A stretch of 64,000 bases of DNA from an uncultured Gemmatimonadales bacterium (GTDB taxonomy: Bacteria; Gemmatimonadota; Gemmatimonadetes; Gemmatimonadales; Gemmatimonadaceae). Where the stretch lies: positions 1,715,156 through 1,779,155 of the forward strand of contig CAWKMU010000003.1 of assembly GCA_963850905.1 (NCBI GenBank), given 5' to 3'. Positions 63,742 through 64,000 of this stretch are shown piece by piece. The translations under genes were made by a program, and so were the position numbers. The stretch's first letter is position 1. Every line of letters begins with the position of its first letter. Under the pieces are notes generated by a model. It did not search any database. It was not told where the DNA came from and saw nothing but the letters and a program-made list of their open reading frames with translations.

Positions 63742-64000
63742 ATGCCTCGTCACTTTCTCGCAATCCCGGACTTCAGCCGGTCCGAGCTCGGCGCCCTGCT
63801 CGCTCTGGCGGAATGCATGCGCGCGGGCGAGTACCACCACACGCCGCTCGCGGGGAAATCGCTCGCGATGATCTTCATGAAATCGTCGACGCGCACCCGC
63901 GTGTCTTTCGAGGTCGGCACCTCGCAGCTCGGCGGGCACGCGTTGTTTCTCTCGCCGCGTGACTGTCAACTCGGCCGCGACGAGTCGATCGCCGACACGG
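63742..64000 (+). CDS. argF: Ornithine carbamoyltransferase (5' part, runs off the window)
   Basis: MPRHFLAIPDFSRSELGALL...LAMIFMKSSTRTRVSFEVG (the STRTR carbamoyl-phosphate motif). The ORF is open to the window end. Confidence 0.85.
   Translation, partial: MPRHFLAIPDFSRSELGALLALAECMRAGEYHHTPLAGKSLAMIFMKSSTRTRVSFEVGTSQLGGHALFLSPRDCQLGRDESIADT

Overview
This is a high-GC (roughly two-thirds G+C by eye) chromosomal segment from a diderm bacterium, judged from LptFG, MlaDE, TonB, a TonB-dependent receptor and a PilQ secretin. I recognised no rRNA, tRNA, CRISPR array, transposase or phage genes. Gene order: radical-SAM/DUF92 pair; M24 peptidase; GH18-like protein; ctaA-ctaB with an ABC exporter; amino-acid permease; a TonB-dependent receptor locus; mlaD-mlaE-lptG-lptF; M28 peptidase; pilB-pilT-pilC; tonB; hsp15; a GT4/DUF2334/flippase-like/GT4 envelope cluster; arfB; corC; the pilus block described next; aroC-aroK; topA-(KirBac)-trmFO-xerC-(GT9)-hslV-hslU-argF (partial). 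Main leads: (1) A PilS/PilR-like pair is translationally coupled to one ArnT/PMT-like GT-C enzyme and one Dpm1/Ppm1-like GT2. Three tandem TMTC-like (DUF1736-type plus TPR) GT-C paralogues follow on the same strand, immediately upstream of the major pilin pilA and pilMNOPQ. I read this as a candidate TMTC-type pilin or pilus O-glycosylation system. (2) A family of intergenic palindromic elements has arms made of tandem heptamers. The heptamer differs between copies (GGGGTCN, NGACGTT, AGTAGAN) while arm complementarity is kept, and a conserved GGCCAG hairpin with ACAAAC/GTTTGT flanks sits at the centre. One half-copy lies in frame inside trmFO. (3) At least 11 single-base frame disruptions hit otherwise well-conserved genes (topA, aroC, trmFO, xerC, hslU, arfB, mlaE, a GT4 and two TMTC-like genes). 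These are most simply assembly indels and need read-level verification. All family assignments come from motif recognition by eye, not from database searches. Most extra ORFs in the six-frame track are high-GC shadow ORFs.
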